Source: Coniocarpon cinnabarinum (taxonomy: Eukaryota). From it: 20,000 bases of DNA. The translations under genes were made by a program, and so were the position numbers. Location: NCBI GenBank assembly GCA_051942205.1, contig JAVECO010000045.1, forward strand, positions 113,766 through 133,765, given 5' to 3'. Under the pieces are notes generated by a model. It saw nothing but the letters and a program-made list of their open reading frames with translations. It had not been told where the DNA came from and did not search any database. Each line of letters begins with the position of its first letter. Within the stretch, counting starts at the first letter, position 1. Shown here piece after piece: positions 8,746-16,508 of this stretch.

Positions 8746-11700
8746 TCACCGACTCACAGCCATCTCCCCTTCACCCTCCCACTCATCCTCACTCCCATTT
8801 GCCTCAAAGAACTCGTCATCACCCTGAGTCAGGACGCTAGCTCCATCGCTATCATGTTTCCTGTGCGTTGCAGTGCCATGACGACCGGTATCGCTCGGTG
8901 CACTCGCCCTGCGTATTTCACCATTTTGATGTCCATTCTGATGATGAAGAGTATTATTGCGAGAAGTTGTGGATGCTTGGAAAGTGCTGTGTTTGGGATG
9001 GGACGCCAGTTCCGAGACGGAATCGGTGGCTTCTCTGAGCTCGGAGCGGGTGCGTGCGTGGGTCTTGTCGTTTTCGTTGTCTTGCGGTGGTTCACTTGAA
9101 GAGGTGGGAGCTGTGCTGGGTCTTCGTTTGATTTCTTCAATTGGTCTTTCGCCATTCCGCTGGCTCTCTTCCTTCGAATCACCATTCGCTTGCGAATCTG
9201 TATTCTTCCCCTCCCGAGCATCACCATCATCCTGCGTCTCCGACCCAGACACCGCAGAACCATCTCGAGCCTCACCCTCCTTCTCACCCATCCAATCCCT
9301 CGCCCCCTCCGCCCGATCTCTAATAACCTCATCATCATCCCCCGTCACAGCCTCATACGTCTCCGCAAAGTGCGTCTCACACAAATGGCGCACAACCTCC
9401 CAGCCATACGCATTCGCAAACATCCGCCGCACAATCATATTATTATGGGCGTCGGGCTCCAGCCTCACGAGCACCTTCCGCCACGAGAGGTCGCGATGGT
9501 ACGCTCTGGCGATTTTCTCCTCCACAGACATGGACGATGTGTCGGCCTGGGAGCCGAGTTCCAGCGTCGTGCGCGTTCGTGATTTTCCGGCTTTGCTGGC
9601 CGCCGGCGTGGAGGTGGGAGGGTGGTGGGACTTTCTTCTAGGAAGTCCGGGCGAGTTCTGAGCTGATGACGACGTCGAGGGCGGTGAATTGGAGGTATCC
9701 GCGGAGTTCAACCGACGGAGACTATCGCTACTCCAGCTCCGGACCATGCCGCTCATGCTCCTGTTCTTCTTCTGTGGTGGGGGAGGTATGTCCTCAGGGT
9801 GGTAGATACGGTCGTGGAAAATGGAGCGTTTACGGGAGCTCGGGTCCGTGAGCCAGGGTTGTGTTGGGATGGGCGGGTTTATGATATCGGAGGCAGCTTC
9901 GAAGATGGAGGTCTTAGGCGGGGGTCCTTGCTCTGACAAGATGAGGGAGTCACCGCGAGTGGCAGCGGGGCGATTCGTGGGCTTTTCTGAGATGGAAGAG
10001 CCGGGATCGGAGGTCGTCACGTCGTTGCCAGCGGCACGCAGGGTTTGTGCGCGGCGCATGCGTTCCGTGGTCTTTTTCGAGATTTTGTGGCTATTCGTGT
10101 GATTGGTGCCTTGGTCGGCGTGGTGTGATTCCGTGGGCGAGGCTGAGCGTTTAGGAGAGGAAGAGCGGAAGAAGTTGAAGAGGGACTCGAAACGTGAAGG
10201 GCTCGTCTGGCGTGCGCGAGCGTAGGAATCTGTTTGTGGGGCCAGTGCTGCTACGTCGTGACTATTGTTCGTTTCGTCAGGTGCGTGAGGAGGGATGCCT
10301 AAGAACTGATGAGGTTCGGGAGATTCAGGCGTTGAGGTGGACGCGGTGGAGTCTTCGCGTTCTTTGCTTTGCGCGCGTGGCGTATCACCTTTGTAAATGT
10401 CACCCTCGAGGCCATTGTGTTTCAGAGAGCCAGGCGTGGGTGGTTCATGGGACACACTGTTTGCGCCTGTAAGCTCGTTCCAGCCGAACTGGGCCATGGT
10501 GCTGATCAGGCCATTGTCACGACGAGCGTTATCCACGCGATCGAGGCCTCGCCAGTCGAGAAAGAGCAAACAGCTCGTTCTGAGAGGCACAATCCCGTCG
10601 TTGACGACGTTCGCGTAGACGGTGCGGTTTCGAAATTGTTTAAGAACGTGATGGGCTGGACCTGATGGGAGGATGCGAAGAAGAGGTTTCGATCGTGGGT
10701 CTTCGGCTTGCTTGTCTTTCTGCTTGTCTTCTCCGCCACCAAAACCTGAGATCACGGCACTCCAACCAGAACGTGCAATAGTAGGGGCTCGCCAAGTCAA
10801 ACCAAGATCTTGGCCGGTACGTCCCACGAGGCCAAAATCCAGAGCAAACCTGACATACAGAGGATTCTCATTGCTGAGTCCGAGCAGAGGTGCAGCCATA
10901 GTAATGAAGTTGATCGGTTTGATTTGTTCGAAGAACTCTGGTGAATGTTTACGGATGTAGCCTATAGCGTAAAGTTGTATCAGCCCACCCAGAGAATGCC
11001 CAATGAAGCTGATACTCGTAAAGGTATAGGGTAGCTTCTCGGCTTCGTCCAAAGCTCGATGTATACTGCTGCCCGCATGTGCAGCTTTACCAGCGTGTGT
11101 ATCGGCGCCCTTATTATTTGGCGTGATAGTGCTAGATATCTTGTGTGACATGGATTTGGCTACAGGCAGAAAAGGCTGATCAGGGTATGTCATGGTGAGA
11201 ATGAACTTTGCAAGTCGCTTGCCCAAGTATTGAATGCCCTTCTCAGTTCTTGTAACATTCCCGGAAAAGCCGCGAACAATGACTTGTTCGTCGTCATCAT
11301 CCTCTGCCGTCTCATAAGATTCAGGGAGATCATCTTGGCCTCCAGAAAGCTGTGCGGTTGATGTTTCCTGTTTCGAGCCATCTCCTGATATTGGTACAGG
11401 AGGCTGCTTAGTCTTCGATTGCCTCTCGCGCCTTCGCAACTCCGCCTTTCTCTTCCGCGCATCCTCTCTGGCCTGCTTCACCGTGGCATCGATGCTTTCT
11501 TTCATATACAGCATGTCGGCGCCGACATTGCTATGCAGTCCATGAGTCAGCACGACGAGGTGAATCTTCTTGCGCTTGAGTGGTTTCTGATCTTCGGTCT
11601 TCGAGTTCGATCGAGTCTGTGACATGGACCGTCTTATCCCAGCCTTCCATGACTTTCTCTTGTTCTGCGCTGCGCGACTCTGATCTTCATCCGGCCAACG

Positions 11701-12348
11701 CGGTAGAGGCGGCTTGTTCCAAAGCTGGGCCGTGTCTTCCGCGACGAGTCTCACAGCTTTGGAGTAGACACCTCTTGGAGCAGGAGATGCTCCGGGGCCT
11801 TCAATCTGGTATTGGACAACATCATGAACCTTGCCTGGCTCGCCGTGGCCTCGACTTGCCAGCGCGGCGAAACCAGTGTCCAGGCTTCGCTCGTCTCGCG
11901 CGACCAAAAGTTCGTAGTGAACAGCCGCGTTTTGCGAGAAGAGGATCTGTGAAGCAATTTCAATGATCCATGTGCAACTTTGTGGCGACTCGGGGTTTTC
12001 ACTTTGGAACCATGCTCTATCGCCACTCTCTTGGATGTCCTCCGGAATCACAAGCTTAGCGTGAAAATGTCCGCCGGCTTTGAGGTTGGGCTCGAACTGT
12101 GGTGCGCCATCGTGCTTGGGGTCTTCGGGAGGCTTGTATGGGGTGAAATTCGACGAGTAAGCCGAGGCATGGAGGGTGTAAGGCCCCACGAGATATGCAG
12201 CGCGGTAAGGAATAGCAGTTGTGTTCTTGATCCTGACGTGGAGATGTGATGGCGTGGGTAAGATGCGATCTTCGGTCGGGGTGTACGTCAGGGTATATCG
12301 AACCACTTCTCCCACTTTGACTGACCCTTCTTGATGGACTAGCAACAT
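8746..12348 (-). CDS. DUF676 putative lipase/serine esterase (ROG1/LPL1/YDL109C-like alpha/beta hydrolase), 1200 aa, single exon
   Basis: HLVVLTHGLHSN, ISFIGHSLGGL (GxSxG nucleophile elbow), NFITMAAPLLGL, GRTGQDL, VYANVVNDGIVPLRTS and C-terminal WRKVLVRLEPDAHNNMIVRR, all characteristic of this fungal family. Confidence 0.93.
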   Translation of the reverse strand: MLLVHQEGSVKVGEVVRYTLTYTPTEDRILPTPSHLHVRIKNTTAIPYRAAYLVGPYTLHASAYSSNFTPYKPPEDPKHDGAPQFEPNLKAGGHFHAKLVIPEDIQESGDRAWFQSENPESPQSCTWIIEIASQILFSQNAAVHYELLVARDERSLDTGFAALASRGHGEPGKVHDVVQYQIEGPGASPAPRGVYSKAVRLVAEDTAQLWNKPPLPRWPDEDQSRAAQNKRKSWKAGIRRSMSQTRSNSKTEDQKPLKRKKIHLVVLTHGLHSNVGADMLYMKESIDATVKQAREDARKRKAELRRRERQSKTKQPPVPISGDGSKQETSTAQLSGGQDDLPESYETAEDDDDEQVIVRGFSGNVTRTEKGIQYLGKRLAKFILTMTYPDQPFLPVAKSMSHKISSTITPNNKGADTHAGKAAHAGSSIHRALDEAEKLPYTFTSISFIGHSLGGLIQLYAIGYIRKHSPEFFEQIKPINFITMAAPLLGLSNENPLYVRFALDFGLVGRTGQDLGLTWRAPTIARSGWSAVISGFGGGEDKQKDKQAEDPRSKPLLRILPSGPAHHVLKQFRNRTVYANVVNDGIVPLRTSCLLFLDWRGLDRVDNARRDNGLISTMAQFGWNELTGANSVSHEPPTPGSLKHNGLEGDIYKGDTPRAQSKEREDSTASTSTPESPEPHQFLGIPPHAPDETNNSHDVAALAPQTDSYARARQTSPSRFESLFNFFRSSSPKRSASPTESHHADQGTNHTNSHKISKKTTERMRRAQTLRAAGNDVTTSDPGSSISEKPTNRPAATRGDSLILSEQGPPPKTSIFEAASDIINPPIPTQPWLTDPSSRKRSIFHDRIYHPEDIPPPPQKKNRSMSGMVRSWSSDSLRRLNSADTSNSPPSTSSSAQNSPGLPRRKSHHPPTSTPAASKAGKSRTRTTLELGSQADTSSMSVEEKIARAYHRDLSWRKVLVRLEPDAHNNMIVRRMFANAYGWEVVRHLCETHFAETYEAVTGDDDEVIRDRAEGARDWMGEKEGEARDGSAVSGSETQDDGDAREGKNTDSQANGDSKEESQRNGERPIEEIKRRPSTAPTSSSEPPQDNENDKTHARTRSELREATDSVSELASHPKHSTFQASTTSRNNTLHHQNGHQNGEIRRASAPSDTGRHGTATHRKHDSDGASVLTQGDDEFFEANGSEDEWEGEGEMAVSR

Positions 12349-12912
12349 ATTTGCCCGCTTTGCACACTCGTATTTGGAATATCGTCACTGATGATTCAGT
12401 AGGAGCGGGACGTTTGTTGGGTAGCAGAAGGGCGAGTGTCATCGCCTTGACAGGCGAAACATATTGTTCGCATTCATGTGAGGCATCTGCGCGTGGACGA
12501 GATCCATCACACGCCAGTCATCAGCCGCATGCATGGCTTACACGTTGTCCAGAGCTAATCGAAAAGTATACAAGAAATGCAGGACACTTTGTACTCTTGG
12601 CATGTGTCATTTGCGGGCGACTCGGATCGCGTGTTCGGACGCGCCACGCAAAAGTCCGTCACCTCTGTCTCCATCTCTGGTCAGCCGGTCGTTTAGCTGG
12701 AATAAACGATAGTGAGCTGGCGTTAGGAGAGCAAGAGAGCAGATGTGCTGGACCAGATGTATGAACGCAGAAGCAGAGACACCAGCTGGCAATGCATGTT
12801 CAATGTCAAATATGTTCGGTCCCAAATGCACAGTCGCGAAACGGATCTCCCATGAAACTGCTTGACAATGCCGCGATATCACAAAGTCGTAATCAGTCAT
12901 CAAGCGCTAATT

Positions 12913-13608
12913 CTACACCTCCTCGTGGAAGACACTCCTGCGTTCCGAAGCCGGACTCACGCCACGCGCATCTCTTTTGTCGCTGTCTGCGTTGCCTGCC
13001 GATCTGCCCCGATTACCCATATCACTCCTCTCCGCCGAGTCTGCAAATGGGTTACTCTGAGCACCGCGATGGCTGGCGTCATATTCGCTAATATTGCGAG
13101 TGTGACCTCCAGACGTTTCTTCTAGACCGCGAGGTGCATGGTAGCCGGTGTCAACATCTCCATAGCCTCTCCCGCCCATGTAGCTTGCATCGCTGTCACC
13201 TCTGGCGTGATGACTGGCCAACCCGAGCTCTTGTTCTTCATATGACATGCGGCCGGGCCCATCGTAGCCGTCATCATCATGACCCATGCGCGGATCCCAA
13301 GCTCCCTCGTCTTGATCTACGGGCCCAAAGCCTCTTGTATTCCGCTCAGATTCATAACCTCCGCCTGCTGTGCGCTTGTTTCGCATTTGCTTAAATCGAC
13401 TCTGCACCCATCCAAGCACTCCTCCCTGTGCGGGATAATTTCTTGTTGGAACCGAGCTTTGTGATGCGAAGGGATTGATGGATGGAGGTGGAAGTCCGAG
13501 TTTGCGAGCTTTCCAGACACGGTAGCCATAGAAGGCGGTGATGACAATGACGATGAGAAGGACCAGGATGAAGATTGCGGCGATGATTCCGCCGGCATGT
13601 GAAGCCAT
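12913..13608 (-). CDS. Single-pass membrane protein of unknown function, 231 aa
   Basis: Good start context (ACAAAATGG). One N-terminal hydrophobic helix (GGIIAAIFILVLLIVIVITAFYGY) followed by basic residues (RVWKARK) and a Gly/Asp/Arg-rich disordered tail. Confidence 0.85.
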   Translation of the reverse strand: MASHAGGIIAAIFILVLLIVIVITAFYGYRVWKARKLGLPPPSINPFASQSSVPTRNYPAQGGVLGWVQSRFKQMRNKRTAGGGYESERNTRGFGPVDQDEGAWDPRMGHDDDGYDGPGRMSYEEQELGLASHHARGDSDASYMGGRGYGDVDTGYHAPRGLEETSGGHTRNISEYDASHRGAQSNPFADSAERSDMGNRGRSAGNADSDKRDARGVSPASERRSVFHEEV

Positions 13609-13913
13609 TTTGTTTTATGTCGCAGCGTTTTCTTGGTATTTAGTTCTGCCGATGGTAAGATCGCTTGCGGTGGAGGAAAGGCATCAGCTCATGCCTCTAG
13701 TCATTGGCAAGAGTGGTGTGGAAAGTAGCGTGCGAGATGTGCGACGTCTTTTGCGCGCTGTGTATCAAGGAGTAATCGCTTCCGCTTGCAGAACACTTTC
13801 CGACGGTGTTTCCAGGGGATGCCGACCAAGACGGTGCTCGTGTACAAGCAAACGTCTGGCCTCCCACAGAGGCTCAGAGGCGCAGGTGGCTATTTTAGGA
13901 TAAGCGTCTCACG

Positions 13914-13925
13914 TCTCACGTGAGA
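13914..13925. promoter_or_regulatory. Palindromic E-box (TCTCACGTGAGA) in the divergent promoter between the membrane-protein and lipid-kinase genes
   Basis: Perfect 12-bp palindrome with TCACGTGA core (bHLH-type site), near the midpoint between ATGs 13608 and 14221. A TATATA element follows at about 13960. Confidence 0.45.
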
Positions 13926-14220
13926 GCTCCCAGAATAGATGGCCTTGCGAAATTATACCTATATATTAGGTACAGTTGATGATCATGATCCAAAAGGGTT
14001 CGCAAAGGCAGCTATGACACGCGGTAATTGTTTTGACGCGTGCGCAATATGTTCATTTGCTGTCCGAACATGGCCTGGTCAAATGGTCTTGATTTCAAAG
14101 CCATAAGCTCCAGGCCCAAGTCGTAAGCACACAGATACATACAATAGCGATTGACGGGCTTGCAATTCAATTGCGATGATGCTCTTGAGAGGCGCTCGAT
14201 AGGTTTCATCATCCTGCATC

Positions 14221-15789
14221 ATGGATTGGCTTGGTTTTCCCGCCGTACCGAGTGTCAGCGCGTCTGGCTCTGTGCAAGGGCGCAAGGCAGATCTGAAGTA
14301 TGAAAGACACCCCAGACCTAAGCTCAGCTGGAAATTACATGATCTCCCAGAACAAGAGCATGTCATCGAATCCGACGCTATCATTGGCATCGTTCCCGTC
14401 AATCAGCATCTTCAAGATGACTATTCTCTACTATATGTCGAGCTGGATGCATCACAAACTTCACATCCAGCCGAGAGAACGTTCTTTCGCACCATCATCA
14501 TCAACAAGCCACCGCCAGACCTGATTACAGACTTCACACCCAGTGGTCGTTCTTGTTGGCAACTCAAGCACGACAACGACTTTGCTGGTCGATTCCGAGA
14601 TCAAATCGAAGCAGGACAGTCACCTGTTCATGTTGTACTGTCGACGCAATCAGGGTTTGGTCATGCCGACAAAGTGTATGAGAATTTGATAAAGCCCTTC
14701 CTGTTGCACAACGGCTGTGCAGCCCACACTGTACATCGAACCACATCCACGGATTCGATCGGCCTGTTCTGCAAAACGCTCGCCAAGCCTGCAGGAGAGG
14801 CAGGCAAGTCGATGATGATCATACTTGTGTCTGGTGATGGAGGCGTGGTCGATCTTGTCAATGGAATGCTGCCAGCTACTACAGAAGGCGATGCAATGCA
14901 TAGTGTCAAGGCGACAAACGCCAAGTTCGAGCCCCAGCATTTCGGTCTGGTGCCTGTAGGCACCGGCAATGCATTAGCACACAGCTCAAAGTTGTCGTTA
15001 GATCGAACTCTGGGCATGTCTGCTCTGATGCGCGGCTACCTAGAGTTTCTGCCTGTCTTCACAGTCAGGTTCTCGCCTCCTGCAACGGTTGTCCAGCCAG
15101 CGGGCGATGGCGCGCCCTCCCTTCCTTCTAGAGAGCAAGCACAACGCGTTACAGAGGTTTTTGGAGCAGTTGTATTCAGCTGGGCTCTACATGCAGCCCT
15201 GGTGGCAGACTCAGACACACCCGCATATCGCAAACTTGGAGCCGAGCGATTCAAAGTTGCAGCCGGAGAGAATTTGTTCCCGCCAGGTGGAGGCAGATCA
15301 CACGCGTACAGAGGAAAGCTGCTGTTACAACGATCAGGTCACCACGCATGGGAAGAGGTGTCTCGCAATACCCATAGCTATGTTCTCGCCACGCTTTGTT
15401 CCAAGCTCGAGGAGAACTTCACCATCAGCCCTGCAAGTCAACCACTCGATGGCAGATTGCGTGTTCTCCATTTCGGTCCGCGTAACGATAACCCGTCGTC
15501 AATGGTCGGCGACAGGATCGTTGGACTCATGGAAAAGGCTTATGATGGTGGCAAACACGTTTCAGATGCGGATGTTGGATACGAAGAGATTGGAAGTTTG
15601 CGCTTGGAGATGAACGAAGATGACGATGAAACTGTTGATGAGAGCCATGCAGGGCCCGGCCGATGGAGACGAGTGTGCGTTGATGGCAAGATCTTCGCCT
15701 GTGAGCCTGGCACAATCATTGAAGTGACGGCGCAGGAGAAGGACCGCCCCAAGGTGTTGAAGATGGTTTCAGGCTCGTTCTTGGAATGA
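14221..15789 (+). CDS. Diacylglycerol-kinase catalytic domain (sphingosine kinase/YegS-like) lipid kinase, 522 aa
   Basis: Long uninterrupted ORF with VVLSTQSG, ILVSGDGGVVDLVNG (GDG ATP-binding motif), GLVPVGTGNALA, ISPASQPLDG and CVDGK motifs of the DAGK/SphK superfamily. Confidence 0.88.
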   Translation: MDWLGFPAVPSVSASGSVQGRKADLKYERHPRPKLSWKLHDLPEQEHVIESDAIIGIVPVNQHLQDDYSLLYVELDASQTSHPAERTFFRTIIINKPPPDLITDFTPSGRSCWQLKHDNDFAGRFRDQIEAGQSPVHVVLSTQSGFGHADKVYENLIKPFLLHNGCAAHTVHRTTSTDSIGLFCKTLAKPAGEAGKSMMIILVSGDGGVVDLVNGMLPATTEGDAMHSVKATNAKFEPQHFGLVPVGTGNALAHSSKLSLDRTLGMSALMRGYLEFLPVFTVRFSPPATVVQPAGDGAPSLPSREQAQRVTEVFGAVVFSWALHAALVADSDTPAYRKLGAERFKVAAGENLFPPGGGRSHAYRGKLLLQRSGHHAWEEVSRNTHSYVLATLCSKLEENFTISPASQPLDGRLRVLHFGPRNDNPSSMVGDRIVGLMEKAYDGGKHVSDADVGYEEIGSLRLEMNEDDDETVDESHAGPGRWRRVCVDGKIFACEPGTIIEVTAQEKDRPKVLKMVSGSFLE

Positions 15790-16508
15790 AAAAGGGCTGG
15801 TGCCGAGACGGTCTCGCGTAATTGACCGCATTCGAGGTGGACAGCTTGAGCGAATGATCACTAGAGTGCTGATGAAGTGTCGCTTGATCGCGTCTCAGGG
15901 GCGAGGATCTGGAGCAACTGTGTGGGAGTGGAAGCCCAATGGAACCCGGATCGCGGCCGAATTTTGACAGGTCCCGACCTGCCGTCACGTGCCGTGTAGG
16001 CAACGACGCCAAGCTGGATGCAGCTAAACCTCCTGCAAGGTCTTGCTTGACACGATCTCGTCGGTGCGATCGGCAGACGATAGGCGTCGCTTAGGGGTTT
16101 TGGAAGCGCCAGCGTCTTCGTCCATGGAGACCAGGAGTAACCCGAGCGCGCTGGGCCTCCTCTCGCTTCACACAGTATCTCTACGGACGTTTGCTGTCCC
16201 GCGGTCGCAAAATGGCCCCCAAGACGTTGGCTAGGGCTGCCGGACGTGCGTCTTTAATTAGACAGCCACACCCAACACTCCTGATATCTGTCTATCCGTG
16301 CTGTCCCACACAGAATGCTTTCAACGAGCAGACTTCCAACGGCCATGCAAGTCTAATTTGTTCGGAGTGTCGGCAACAGTGAGCGCGGCAAGCCTGACGC
16401 CCCGAGATCGCATGGTCCAGTCGGCGTATGACGAGAAGATGAACGCGCTGCTTCAGCTACGAGCATCTGCTACCGTTTCGTGCCTGTGTGCCTGGATAGC
16501 AATACGAC

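Noticed and set aside
8957..9661. 234-aa + strand ORF and other overlapping ORFs
   Set aside because: Antisense or alternate frames of the GC-rich low-complexity lipase tail.
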